DNA of 64,000 nt, taken from contig JAUZTB010000072.1 in assembly GCA_034780895.1 (NCBI GenBank), positions 14,616,373 through 14,680,372 on the forward strand, read 5' to 3'. Numbering within the stretch: the first letter of the stretch is position 1; every line of letters starts with the position of its first letter. The translations under genes and the position numbers were made by a program. Positions 26,313 to 39,900 of the stretch are shown one piece after another. Under the pieces are notes generated by a model. That model saw nothing but the letters and a program-made list of their open reading frames with translations. It was not told the DNA's origin and searched no databases. The DNA comes from Rhynchobatus australiae. Taxonomy: Eukaryota.

Positions 26313-26747
26313 GCGGTTTGTGACTGCGTCCCGCCCTTGCTCTTCGATGTACTGACCTGGCTTGGTTACTGCAACAGCACCATGAACCCCATCATCTACC
26401 CTCTCTTCATGCGAGACTTCAAGCGGGCCATCGCCAAGTACCTGCCGTGTGCCCGGCGCTGGTGGGAGAGGCGGCCGAGTGTCGTGTCCTTCACGATGAG
26501 AAACTCCCACAGTGGTCCGCGGCTGGGCCTGACCCTAAGAAATATGTTGGTTCTTCAGCCAGAAACTGATTCGGCCGAATCTGACATCCAGACGAATCAT
26601 CACATCCTGCTCCCGGGCGGCCAACCACACACGGTGACCGGGGCCAAGTTCAAGGACACCACGGGGGTGGACTCGCTACACCTCTTTGATCTGGAGCAGT
26701 CGGATCACGAATTCCACATAAACCAGCTGAACACGCCAATGGACTAG
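26313..26747 (+). CDS. HTR6: HTR6 coding exon 3 (TM7, C-tail)
   Basis: AVCDCVPPLLFDVLTWLGYCNSTMNPIIYPLFMRDFKRA...NTPMD*. Acceptor ctcccgcag. Joined CDS is 723+159+435 = 1317 nt = 438 aa. Confidence 0.96.
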   Translation, partial: AVCDCVPPLLFDVLTWLGYCNSTMNPIIYPLFMRDFKRAIAKYLPCARRWWERRPSVVSFTMRNSHSGPRLGLTLRNMLVLQPETDSAESDIQTNHHILLPGGQPHTVTGAKFKDTTGVDSLHLFDLEQSDHEFHINQLNTPMD

Positions 26748-29637
26748 ATATACCCGCCCCCACCGCGGAATCAGAGATCAGATCGCTGTCCCCAATGGAC
26801 AAGAGTTAGGGGGTCATCCATTGACTGGAGATGGGCGACAATGGACCCAAAATGTACTCGAGATAATAGGCCTTCAAAGCTTCACCTGGGTCTCTGTTCT
26901 GGAGAGAGAGTCCATTCTATGGACAACATTCAACTGGCCTGGATTTACCCTGCGCCCAAATTGGATGACTTCTACAGTTACAGCTACACATTCAAAGCGT
27001 GCATGTGAAAGATATCAGTGATCTCTGGGAAAACTTACAAACCCCACATTCCCTGTGCAAATCCACAGAAGTGAAGTGTAACCAGCAGGAAGGACAGCAT
27101 ATGAACCTAACATAAACTAAAACACTGGAAGCATACAGAACAAAATCAGGAAAGAACAGTGGATTACTGCTGGAAACACTCAGCGGGTCAGAGGGGAGAG
27201 AAACAGAGTCAGGGTTTCAAGTCAATGATTTTTTTTAATCAGAATTGTTTGGGATTTAACTCTTCTGATTAAATTGGGCGGGATACCTCATTCTTTAGTA
27301 CTTCGATGCTCACATTTTTTTAATGAGTGAATTCTCTTTGTTTATTCCCAGTGATTGTAAACACATTTGTCATTTCACCTTCAATATTTGTAATGTCAAT
27401 TATGTTTGCCCTGGATGACTCACCGACAGGTTAGCACAGGCAAAACCACAGTAGAGAACAACATTTACCTGTTCCAACCTGGTTGCTTAGTATCTTAATG
27501 TCCAGGACCCACTAAATCTGCACCAAGGGAAATCTGAGCGCCACACATGGAGGCGTGGAGTGAGTGGATAAAAGTGGCTCATCCTTTACACTTCCTCTGT
27601 TGTCCAGATTTACCCGCTGCTGAGAGAAAATAGCTACAAAACAAAATGTCACAGGAATGCGTTAAATATATGAAACATCACTGAAGGTAATTTCAGGGTC
27701 TGGTTTCAGAAATGAATCACTGATATTATAACGGCATACTGTAAAATAAAACCAATCATTACAGTAATTGCAGCCACCCTTTTCATCTTCACCATCTTGA
27801 CCTCATCTCATTTGTTTCATAGTGCTTTCAGAGCCAGAGATATACTTTGAATCCCTTGGGGGGGAAGAGGTGGTTTGTTCACATTCACAACTTGACACTT
27901 AATATACTTGAGGGGGCGAAGGATACTCTTATCATTTCCCTGTGTGAGTTCTCATTATAATTTTCATTCCTGCGCATCAGTATTTCAGTGTTATTTTTGA
28001 TCATTAATACATAACTCTTCACAATGACAGGTGGAGTAATGAACTTACCAGGAAACAGTACATTTTCTTCTTAAAAATATCAAATGAGAGATCAGACTTC
28101 TGTGAAACATGGGGCTGGTCAAACCAGATGCCAGGACTGAGACAAGACATTTATAGATCAGAAATCATTTATAATCATCCATCTTTATAGTTTAGGTTAG
28201 TGCAATGTTTGACATTTGCGGTGAACAGCACAATTCAAAATATCCAACAGTCTTTCTCATCTACAAATTGCAAATATCACATATACTTCATCAGGGATTA
28301 TTAGGGAAACTATGGCAAGAATCTGTTCCTGAGTGCTTTCTCACTATTATATGCAATGAACCCAGTATAACTATGGGGAAGCAGGAATGAGTAAGAGACT
28401 TCACATAAACTTCCTTTGTGAATCCCTAGAAAGAGCCCTTCAAAGATCAAGTGAATCATAAAAGATTGGAATTTTACAATACACCTCCACATTAACACAA
28501 TATGGAATTTCAGAATGACAATTTGCAATGAATGAAGCTCCCTCTGGCTTTAAAATCAAAAGTCCCAACACTTATTTTACCAACATTTACAAATTAGCTC
28601 ATTAATTTTGCTGATACTGTTACCTTTCAGCATAATGCATTCTGCCATCCTCTCACAAATTTTGAAATGTTCTATTCTCTTTTTCCTAATATCATAATTT
28701 GCTGTTTAATTTCTTACTGATACTTGCTTGTCTTCTGTCTCAAAAATATTATGGCCTGGTCTCCTGGTCCCATTCTGTTTGCCTCGATGATATTAGTATA
28801 TAGTCTTCTATTCTTAATGATGTATACTGTCTGCTACTTGCTCCACTGATATTATTGTCCCCTCCTGTGCTTTCTCATACTGATACAAGAGGTAGCTGGA
28901 ATTTCTACTCATTGACACCATCTCCTATCCTCTCAGATTCAAAGCTATCACACACCTTTCAAGTCATAAGTTTGTAAGGTGGGAATCTTCTTTTGTACGC
29001 AGACACCTCCTGTTTGCAAATGCCAACTCAAGATGTATGGATTCCAGCTGGTTCCTTACCCAAGTGGCTATTCCTCAAGTAAACATAGACAAGCTGTCAG
29101 AAGCATGTTTTAATTACACAAGATTATAGCTAAGGCTCAGCTTACTACCCAGCCTCATATCCATAAACTTGGATACCTTTTTTATGGCAGCAGTCTCACT
29201 GGATTTGAGAATTTGGTGTGTTACAGGAATGTAATTAGAACAGAGGTTGTGGATGAGTGACTAAGAATTCCCCTTCTTGTGGAATCCATATAAGAACCAA
29301 TTTCTCAGCACAGAATGGGGGTTAAATGGACTCTGAAGCCAAATTAGAGTCTGCAGGAAAGGAAAGCACAGGTTGATAGACAGCATGAGGTTCCTTTTTG
29401 TTAGCAGCTCACTTGTAATACAGCAATGTTATCACACCAAATTAAATAATATTCCAGTCCAAAACTAGATTACGTTAGTTAATTAATAAGGCTTTCACAG
29501 AGAAGGTACACACATCACCAATTGGTCCAGTCTCCCATCACAGCAAACATAGTGCATGTTATCGATCATTATTCCCCTGGATTCTCAGTTGTGTCTGTCT
29601 GTTATTCTTCAATTTAATTCAGATTTGGAATTTGTTA

Positions 29638-30033
29638 TTAACTTTTTTCTTGGTCTTTGGCAAGCTCAGGGGCTCCAAATAACACCTCAAGATCAGTAGT
29701 TCTATCTTTCTCAGGAGAAAGTGTGAATTGTACCACTGGTATCAAATCTTCTGCACCAGTAGAATGGTGGCTTGTCTTTGGTGACTCCAAAAGATCACCT
29801 TCTAACAAGGAATCGGAGGACTCGGCAATGGCCACTTGTGACTCATTCTTTCCAGCAGACTTGATTTCTGAGTTATCTAAAGGCTCCACTCCTTCTTTAC
29901 TTGCACACTTCTCATCTGGGCCAGAACTGGGGCTAATATTCCATTTGTCCTCCAGGCGGCAATCCTTGGTTTTCACACCTACAGCCTTTAGTATTGTGTC
30001 CATTTGCTTCACGTAATCTAAATGTCCATTCAC
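29638..30033 (-). CDS. TMCO4: TMCO4 last coding exon
   Basis: VNGHLDYVKQMDTILKAVGVKT... followed by a low-complexity acidic tail. Minus-strand acceptor ttttgcag just above 30033; synteny with HTR6. Confidence 0.92.
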   Translation of the reverse strand: MNGHLDYVKQMDTILKAVGVKTKDCRLEDKWNISPSSGPDEKCASKEGVEPLDNSEIKSAGKNESQVAIAESSDSLLEGDLLESPKTSHHSTGAEDLIPVVQFTLSPEKDRTTDLEVLFGAPELAKDQEKS

Positions 30034-33000
30034 CTGCAAAACAAAAACATCAGTGGATGAAAAAGTGGTTCCTTGCCTATCATAGAGCATCTACTCACTT
30101 CCCAAAGGGATGTGGACCAATTGTTTAAATCCAGAAGTGGTACAGCTGCAGGTTAGTGATCACACAATTGGGCAGAGGTGCTGTTAAAGTTTAAACTTGC
30201 ACAGTACATAACATTAAGCTCTCTTTCTGTTTGCCAAACCTGGACTAACTTTTTGTTATTGCACTGGGTCTACTGGGATGCCCAAGGAAAGAATTCCAAC
30301 CCCCAGTGACCTACCTGCCTTCCTTGAATAAGCTGGGGTAGTGAATCAGTTGCAATGCCCTGATGTTGATGAGTGACTTTGTTTTAAATGCTCAGTGTTT
30401 CTCTATCAATTGAAGCCAAATTTTACATTGATTCTAAATGATCTCCCTTCAGGATGGCAGTGTTTTCATTTTATTTGACTATTATAAGAAATATTGCCCT
30501 ATTTAATACAAACAATTGTTCTTCGTTGGTTTAAGAACAGAATTACTTCAGTTCTAATGTGATCAATTTACTGAATAGCTGAAGATATTATCAAGCACCT
30601 TGGAACAGTTTGCAAATTAATTGCCATAAAAAGGAAAAGTAACAAGTTAATGGGATAAAATCATCTATTAATCTTGGCACATTCTCATCCCGGGAAATGT
30701 CCTTTTCCAACACAATGATTTATCTTGGGTCCAGTTCCAGGATGCTGGGTTGAGCTCTGGCATCTCACATGTTGTGAACTAACACAAAGGAGTTGGATAT
30801 TGAGTATCAGCAGATTATTGAATTATACAGGCAGTACAGCAGAACACGTTGTCCTCAAAGGACATCACACAAAAGCATTTATTAAATGGAGTTAATGGAC
30901 AGTAATTGGCAGTGATATTCTTGGGCTATTTTGCTCTCCCTCTTCCAATGATATGAGGTGTATTCTATTATTTCTATTGCCACCCTAATTTCAACAGAAT
31001 AACCTGACTGTTGAGCCTGGGACTGTCCTGGTCTGTATTGGTCACTCACAAACACAAATTAATCAATGCATTGAGTCCATTGGACTGCGTCATAGCTATT
31101 TCCCTTTGTGTCTGTTTCAAAATAAATGTCCTCCTATAATAACCAAAATGACTATCTAGTGCCAACTGTACTATAAAGCAATACATTTATTATTGTCACA
31201 GTGTCTTAAGTACACATTCCTGTGTTTGGTTAATTGACTTGCATTAAAATTCAAGACTGTTAAAGGTAAAGTCTGTGTTTGCTTCAATAATATGAATGAG
31301 TTCCTTTAAATTTCTACTACAAGTTAATCAAAATACAGTTTGTTTGTACAGCCTCAAGCACATAGAAATATCCCAAGCTGCTTGATGAAGGGAAGTAAAT
31401 GGCCCTTGCCGTAGTGCTGAGAGGGTTGATAAAAATATTTGGTGAAAATGAAGTGGCTTTTTAAGACAGAGGGAAACAGACCGGCAGGTGTGAATTATTA
31501 CGTGTTATTAGAGACAACTGCATAGTCTCATCAATGTGGAGTCAGCTGGAGTAGGGTAGAATTGTAGAGAAGTTGATAAACTGAGAACCTGAGGTCATGG
31601 GAAGGGATGTGAAATGGGTACAGGCTACAAAAGTAGTGGGACAAATCTGCAAGGAAATCTGTGGAAGAGCGTGTCTTGAATTTGATTAGCTCGGACACAA
31701 GGGACCAGAGGTGATCAGTGAGGGAAGAGGTGTATATTGAGATTAGTTAAATATAGGTCAGAGTAGAAGGGATGGATTTGAGCATATACAATGAAAAATT
31801 ATTTTCTTGAACAAGCAGCATTGCTTATGCTCAGGGTTGTGTTACTAATTTGAACAGTTAGCAATAAATGATTCAACAAAATGTTCAGTATTAATTCATC
31901 AGTTCTGCTTATAATATTAAATAGCCCTGTCTTCCAATGTGCAATTAAAAGCAGCAAAGAAAATAAGAAACAAATGTGTTGAACTAGAATTCGCTGGTAT
32001 CTGCTGCTTGACTCGAGCAGCGCTGGCCCAGACACCCACATCCCTATGGAAATTCTGAAGAACAATAATACATGAACTTCAATCAGTTGGCTGCTGATTT
32101 CTGAAAGCCCAGAGAATCTATAAATTTTGCACTTTGCTCTGTTAGGAAGGTTGCACAAAACAAAGCACTTCAAGTGGAGAGGGATAAATAGTAAACATAA
32201 CTTTTTAAATACAGTATGTTTATATTCCAAAGAGTACTTCAAGAACCAATGTCAATCTGTGGTTTAATTCAAATACCATGCTCAAGAGAAACATACATTG
32301 GTATATTCCTGCATCCTTTATGGCATAGAAGGTGTCTGGAATGAGGATCAACATAACATTTTCATAAATATGTGTCACCTTGTGAATAGCTATGCATTAA
32401 TGACTCGTAAACCTCAGATAAACATTTTCTAATATAGTTGTGAAAAACTCTAATCTGCTGAACTGTTCTGTTTAGAGTTGATAATTGGACAGACTTGAGG
32501 TAATCATTGAGAAATGCTGCACTGATCTCTGTCAGAGTAACAAATCAAGAAAACTGGAACAATCTGGGAATAGGATGGAGATAATAGGGATACATAGAGA
32601 TTAAGGTAATGAATTATCCATGGGATGTTCTGCTGTTGGCACTTTTGGGAAGGGAGGACAGTAGTGATGGTGGGGGGAATGGAGAATTGATGTCTANNNN
32701 NNNNNNNNNNNNNNNNNNNNNNNNNNNNNNNNNNNNNNNNNNNNNNNNNNNNNNNNNNNNNNNNNNNNNNNNNNNNNNNNNNNNNNNNNNNNNNNNGATG
32801 TCTACTGATAAAAAGGAAGCCAGCACAGATGTTTATTCTGGACTCAAACTTTGGGTACCAGGAAGTATTTTCCCATCATTTTCTCAGATATTAAATGAGA
32901 AGGTAGATTTTATATGCTAGGCTGAAAGAGATTAAGAGGTTGGTGGTGAGTGGTGGTAGGTGAAACATGGGTAGATTTCATGAATGGGTAGATGCTAAAT

Positions 33001-33869
33001 GGACTCTGGCAGATGAAATAAATCGTACATGGCTTGAAGAAAGACTGTCTGTAGGGCCTGATAGCCCCTTTTCGGTTATAATTTTATAGAAAAACACTAG
33101 ATTGCCACAGGGACAGAGATTGTGCTGACAGTTTCAGCGATGCATGCAGACAAGCTGTTCTACACAGACTGAATTGTATTTCCCTGAGCTGCCACATTCA
33201 TTTCATTAACTTTGCAAAACAAAGCTGGTTAGAAAGTGTTTTAACTTTCTGTGTACATCTAGAAATAGATTGCAGGCTAGATTTCGTCAGCATACTTAAT
33301 GCTATACAAACCAGGTACATATGACTCAAGCTGCCACAAGAACAATTATGACTTTGTTGTTTTTACAGACACACTGGTAACCAGCGGCAAAGGACAAATG
33401 TTTTACTAGCTCCATCACATTTTAAAAACAGAAGTAACTGGAGTCTTTGAATTGACTTCTATGTTCAATCTTTGTCCTCCCCTCCAAGCCTTCAATTATT
33501 GCTGTGGTAAAGTTCCAGAGGCCTGGATCAAATTCTTCAATGGATGTTGTAAACTGGCCACCTTACAGAGACTGATACCATAGCTGATCTTGTTCCATAT
33601 GTGAATGCTTATGACAGAATAAAGATCAGGAAACATTTAGGATCTTTACACACACATTTAGTTGTAAAATGAACAGCCTTTATTAGGTTTGGAATTCTAG
33701 CTAATTTAAGAGTGAGAATTGTGATAAGCTACATATCCTTTTAAAACTCTGCCACTGATTTCACCAACTTATTGTGTCATGATCCTTCACTAGTAGCAGT
33801 CACTCTTAGACCAGGCCTTACACTTGATGCCTTAAGCTGGTGGGACTTGGTGCTACACTTGTTGTTCTG

Positions 33870-34260
33870 TACTGTGCAGTTCATTCTGTTACCTGGCACC
33901 CTGCACTGTGTTGCTCTGTTTTGCACCTGGTGTCCCATTCAATGTAGTCACTCTCACCTTAAGTCCTGTTCTGTGTACATCTGTCTCTCACCTGATGTCC
34001 TGCCCTGTGTAGTTCATTCTCTCACGTGGTATCCTGCACTATGTACATCTCTCACCCGGCATCCTGTACCATGTGGTTCCGTAGCTCATCTGTGGCATCC
34101 TGCACCGTGTAGATCTGTCTCTTGGTGTCTTGCTCTGCGTAACTTCATCTCCACTAGTGTCCTGAACTCTGTCCCCTATCAAGTGCCATACACAGTGTAG
34201 CTCTCACACCTGTTGTCCTGCATAGTATACATCTGTCTCTCTACTGGGTGTCCTGCATTT
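33870..34260. repeat. Degenerate minisatellite of about 30-34 bp
   Basis: Recurring cacctgg(t/c)(g/a)tcctgcactgtgtacatctgtctct units. Confidence 0.75.
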
Positions 34261-36454
34261 TGAATTATCATTCATCTAAAACTTCCAACCCTTAGTTTTA
34301 ATGTACGTACTCTTCAACTCTCTTTATTCTCACTGGGTGGAAATCCAAACTCATTCCTCTCAAATCCTTGTTTCTCAACACTGGCAGCCCCTGGGTTAGG
34401 TAAGGGTTCTGTGCCTGAGAACGGTCCATAAGCCAATTTCTCTGAAAGTCAGAAATACCCGTTTTCGATTGCTACTCACATCGTATCGTTCATATACTTG
34501 CTATAATTCCTTCATTTCATTGAACTATAATTACACTAATGAATATATACTGTATCCAGGCATTAATGAATACTATGAAACATTTTACTATCATTACTAG
34601 CTTGAGAAATGTTTTAAAAATGAATGGGAGAATTTGCATAAAGTCAGATTGCTGGAAATCAGGACATTCGTAATCTGGGGAGCTCCTGTAATTCAATACT
34701 GAGAAGCTCCTCATCTCCTTCAGTTTCCTTTCTTTCTACAACTGACAGGTTTCTAAGACCCAAGATGGTGTCATTAATTACTACTTTCTGATTTACCTCA
34801 CCATCTTTCCTACTCCTTTGAATATTGATGGTTTCCTTGCAGTGTAGGAATTGGCCCTTCACCAAGTGTCCTTGGACACCTGGAACCCAACCACAGTGTT
34901 GTTATCAAGTGGCTGAGCAGCAAATTAACTTTACAAACACTAAGCCAGGTACTAAATAAAGATCTGCATATTAACATATGATTAGAATAGTAGCATGAAA
35001 TACAGAGTACTTAAAAAATTGATGTCCATTAAATTTCACATATGAAAATTGTANNNNNNNNNNNNNNNNNNNNNNNNNNNNNNNNNNNNNNNNNNNNNNN
35101 NNNNNNNNNNNNNNNNNNNNNCAGAGACACAACTATGTGTAGATTCTCTGGGTAGTTTACTGTGGGGCATTTCATACAAGGTTGGTTTATGTGGCTTCAG
35201 TTTGATTGCAATGGTGAAGCTGTGAACAGTGCAGCCTGTGAACATGTGCAGGATCAATGACAGGAACAGGTTAAAGCTACCAACAAAATGGTTTTAAGAT
35301 TATATTTCTTTAATTTTTATTCATATTTCAGTTGCTCTAATCACATGTTTACATTCTGATCTTTATTTAGCACTTGGTTTAGTGTTTATAAAGTTAATTG
35401 AAGAATTCTGGGAAGCAACTTTTAATGTGATTTGTTGCTCTGCCAGTTGATGTGATTGGAGCGGCTGGGCGTCAGGCGAAGAACACTAGGTGAAGGGCCA
35501 ATTGCATAGCTCTGTCTCCCACCTGGAGCTCTGTACCATGTGCTTCAGTCTCTCACCTGTGGCATCCTGCAATTTGTAGCTCTGCCTCTCATCCAGCACT
35601 GTACACTGTGTAACCAGACATCACCAAGGCATAGCAAAGATAAATGATATAAATCATAAAGCTGTGATAAAGTGATGCCAACTTGGATTTTTCAAGAAGG
35701 CAAAAATGCAGGTTGTTCTCAGTCTTACAGGAAAATGACAGCAAAAGCCTGTAACTTTGCAATCATTACTCTAAGAGAACCACTAGTTTCAAAATGGGGC
35801 CCAAGTAGGTTCAACACATGACCTTTAAAAGGAAAAAAATGTAGATTCTATGACTCAAGGGCATTTGTAGGGGAATCTCAGAAGTTAGTTACATATCTGT
35901 ATTTACTAACTTAGTTGAACTTGCTACTTCTTACAGTCACTTTAGATTAAAAGGACTTCCATTTTGCTTTTCAATGCCAATATGAGAAAATATTTCAGAA
36001 GAAAATTTATGCTGAACCCCACTCTCTTTCTGTGGTGTTTCATCCAAGCTCTTTAAATTTGCCTGTGGTGAATATTCCTATCCTTAATGTATTTAAATGC
36101 ATCTACATGGCAAAAATAGCCTTTGACATGTTTACAAGAACAGAATTCCACTCTGGTATGTTTCCCATGTGTCACTTGGACATTTGTCTACATTGAGAAT
36201 GTTGACAATTCACCATTTTGTTTCTTATCCGCGTGTGGAGAAGATGGTTTCATATACGGCACTCCAGCATTCATTCAGTGAGAAACAGGTTTTGCACTGG
36301 CAAAGTGCAGCAAGATCTACCTTGTTAAATATGGATGAGCAGATATCTACTCATTATTCTGAACTGGTTCAGACATTGTTGCTAGTACCCAAGTGCAGGT
36401 CTACAGTAAAAGAGCAAAGCCAAACCTCTCTCACGTGTACAGGACTTAAGAGAG

Positions 36455-36940
36455 CTCACTCTGTAACCTCACAATAGTTGGACACTCAAAGCCTAACCTC
36501 AGAGCACCAGAACAATAACAGAAAACACAAAGCCAACAGACTAGTCCCATGTCAATCCGTAAAACAATTTTTCTGTAAAAGGACAAAGAAAGTTAATAGA
36601 TTAAGTTCACTAGAATAGGACACCCAAATCTAAAATTCTAATTTCACAGAGTAGCAGGACATCCAAAGTCAATATACTATTGTCCCGATAACAGGAAACC
36701 AATGACATTAATGTCAATACACTAATGTCACGGTAACAGGAGACTGGAAGCCAGCACATTTAGCTCTCAGTAATTGGACATTTAAAGCCAATACACAAAT
36801 CTTACAGTAACAGGACTCACAAAACCAACACACTAACCTCACAGTGACAGGACGCTCAAAGCCAAATACACTAACATCACAGTAATAGGACACTGAAAGT
36901 ATACACACTTAACCTCACGGAAACAGGACACTCAAAGACA
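36455..36940. repeat. Degenerate minisatellite of about 36 bp
   Basis: Recurring ctaacctcacagtaacaggacactcaaagccaatacaca units. Confidence 0.75.
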
Positions 36941-39900
36941 ACTTCATGTCCAAGAATTATTTTCTCTGTGTTCTGATGGAGACAGACACACTGCTTCTTC
37001 TTGCACCTACAAAAAATATGCATCAAACCAGGAGCTAAAGCAAATCTTTACAACATCTCATTACAAACAGATGGTTTGCATATCTCATCTACAGTTAGTG
37101 AAAGCTTCTGCTTGCTTCTCCACAAATAAACAGATTTTACTTGGATGTCTGTTTTTTTTTCCTGAGAATTCAAATAGAACAAAACAAAAAACTTTGTCTT
37201 GCCAGCTAAAAAATCCACTACATGAACACCACATAAATTCTTCCAGTGAGTCTGGATATATGCTTTGTGGTGTGCAGTAAATTAGGTTGGACTTGGGCCA
37301 TCTTAGCAAATAACAGAATGATTGAAGCACAGAAAGTCATTTGACCTGTCAAGGTTGCAAGAGCAATCTAGCTAGTCCCACTTTCCTTTTGGAAACTTAT
37401 CCTGCTCCCTTCTGAATACTACAATTGAACCCATCTCCACTACTACCCCTGGCAGTTCATTTCAGATCCTAAACACACATGGTGTAAAAAAATTTGCCCC
37501 CTGTCACTTTTGGTTTTTTTCTATGTCCTGAATTGTTGTTCCCTCCACCAAAGGGAACAATTTCTATCAGTTTGTAGCCTTCATGATTCTAAGTACCAGA
37601 TCTCCTTGAAACCTCCTCTGTTCCAAAGAGAACAACCACAGCTTCTCCAATCAATTCACATAACTGAGGTCCCTCATCCTTGGCATCAAAGTAAATTTTA
37701 AATAGCAGCACAGTGGGATCTGTTTAATAACTCATTAANNNNNNNNNNNNNNNNNNNNNNNNNNNNNNNNNNNNNNNNNNNNNNNNNNNNNNNNNNNNNN
37801 NNNNNNNNNNNNNNNNNNNNNNNNNNNNNNNNNNNNNNGGCATCAAAGTAAATTTTAAATAGTGATCTGCCAGATGGATTCCATGGAAGAATATATTTTG
37901 AGCTGCTGGATTAAAAGGTTTAGAGGGGTGGGGTTATTCCCCACTTGCCCCCAATAACATAATGGTCTGCCATCAATCAATGGCACACAAAGGCTACCCA
38001 CTTGCATGTGATCCTGGTGGGCAGGCAACTCCTGTGGATTTGTATTAATGTGAGTGTCCATCAAATTGAATTACAGGCAAAACATAACTACACCAGATGT
38101 AGCTATCAATTCATATGGTTGGACCTGATGCAACTGTTACCTTTAGGCTCTGGACCAAGTATTTGATGGTCAACATAGATAGTGAAGTACTTGTGTTTCC
38201 AGGATAAGCCAGGCAAAAAAAAATATAGAGGTGCAAATAATCAGGAGTGTCTAAGATTTAAAACAACGTACAATAACAATAACAGCAGTGAAAGTGCAGA
38301 TCCCACCTTTGATGTCAGTATAAATTTGTTTTAACTGAAAATCAGGATGACCAACTTAAGAGACTGGTAGAGGGCTGAATATCTGTACCGTGATATTTCT
38401 TGATCAGCCTCTCCCTTTGTGCTAGCTGATTCAATGATCACCCCAGTCTCACAGCCTTTATCCATCACATCAATTGGAGACACATGTTACATTCAGTGTT
38501 GTTATGGTTAAATGTTGCGGTGAAGTACAAGTGATATTGATGGATATGAAAGCTGTGACGCTAGAATGTGGACAGGAAGTAGCTGAAACTGGGAATGTTG
38601 AAAAAAAGCTTGCATCAGAACAATGAATGTCGCCTAGGATTCAGCAGTGAACTCAGTAATCACTAGAATGTTTGGGCTTCAGTTAGCCCCTGGCAATACC
38701 TCATTTTAAATTGCATAGAAAATCATAGCGGTAGAGTATCATGCAGTGAAGGATACAATAGGCTCTTTTCTCATGCCCTGCCTCTTGCTCTTGCTGTGTT
38801 GAACACTGAGATGTGCACTCACTGTTAAAATGAGTACTCTTCACTTGGCGTACATGTAAATGGCACCATATGTCTCTGCGGTGGTCTATGCTGGTAGCAC
38901 AAATGCTGCCACATGCATACACCAGTGGTCTTCACGTGAATACATATTGGTTGCTGCAGACTGCAGATCCATGTCTTAACACATGCTGATTTGTGTGTGC
39001 ACAACATNNNNNNNNNNNNNNNNNNNNNNNNNNNNNNNNNNNNNNNNNNNNNNNNNNNNNNNNNNNNNNNNNNNNNNNNNNNNNNNNNNNNNNNNNNNNN
39101 NNNNNNNNNNNNNNNNNNNNNNNNNNNNNNNNNNNNNNNNNNNNNNNNNNNNNNNNNNNNNNNNNNNNNNNNNNNNNNNNNNNNNNNNNNNNNNNNNNNN
39201 NNNNNNNNNNNNNNNNNNNNNNNNNNNNNNNNNNNNNNNNNNNNNNNNNNNNNNNNNNNNNNNNNNNNNNNNNNTGTAATTCAATTTCAGTTTTGACTGA
39301 TACTTACTGATGTGCTTTCAAGATAATACTCAACTGAATTGCCAGTGATGCTTTTTCACCTGCTGTAATTTACAGTGAATATTTCTGTTCATCAAGTTAA
39401 CATATCTTCCCTGCTGTCTATTAGGAATGGTCAGTTCACTGAGCTGAATCAAGGCTTACTCCATCATCCTCACATTCTTTCACTGGTCCACTTACATTCA
39501 GCCACCTGGTGTTAGCTGCAAATACCAATACTCAAATTAGCAGTTTCCAACATTTAGATTGAGGAATTGGAAACAGTTCATTAATTTCTTCAATACTGAT
39601 CCTTTATTGATGGTAATTTCTTTCAGCTCCTCATCCAATCTAGACCTACTGTTCTCCATTACTTCCAGGAGATTTTCAGCATCTTATTGTCCAAGGACTA
39701 TTATTCCATAGTTATACTTTGTTGGATTCTCAAAACTTACAGCAAACGCTTAAGGAGATACAGAATGATCCTGTGGTTTGTTCAAATTCCATGTGTCCTG
39801 TAACCACGTTGGTCTTCTGACAATTAGCAACATGAATTGTTTTCAATGTTAGAGGTGAGAGGAAAAAGTCAAAGTAGCAAAGCATGTCTGAGATGCACAG

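Larger units (their letters stand above)
22400..26800. promoter_or_regulatory. CpG/GC-rich island spanning the HTR6 5' region and gene body
   Basis: CG dinucleotides are visibly abundant compared with the CpG-poor remainder of the window (not computed). Confidence 0.65.

Noticed and set aside
27535-27562. CTCF-like GC motif between HTR6 and TMCO4
   Set aside because: Spacing deviates from the CTCF core; cannot be supported without a PWM score.
37682-37862. ggcatcaaagtaaattttaaatag repeated across an N gap
   Set aside because: Gap-flanking duplicate; cannot be told apart from an artefact, although it could be a TSD.
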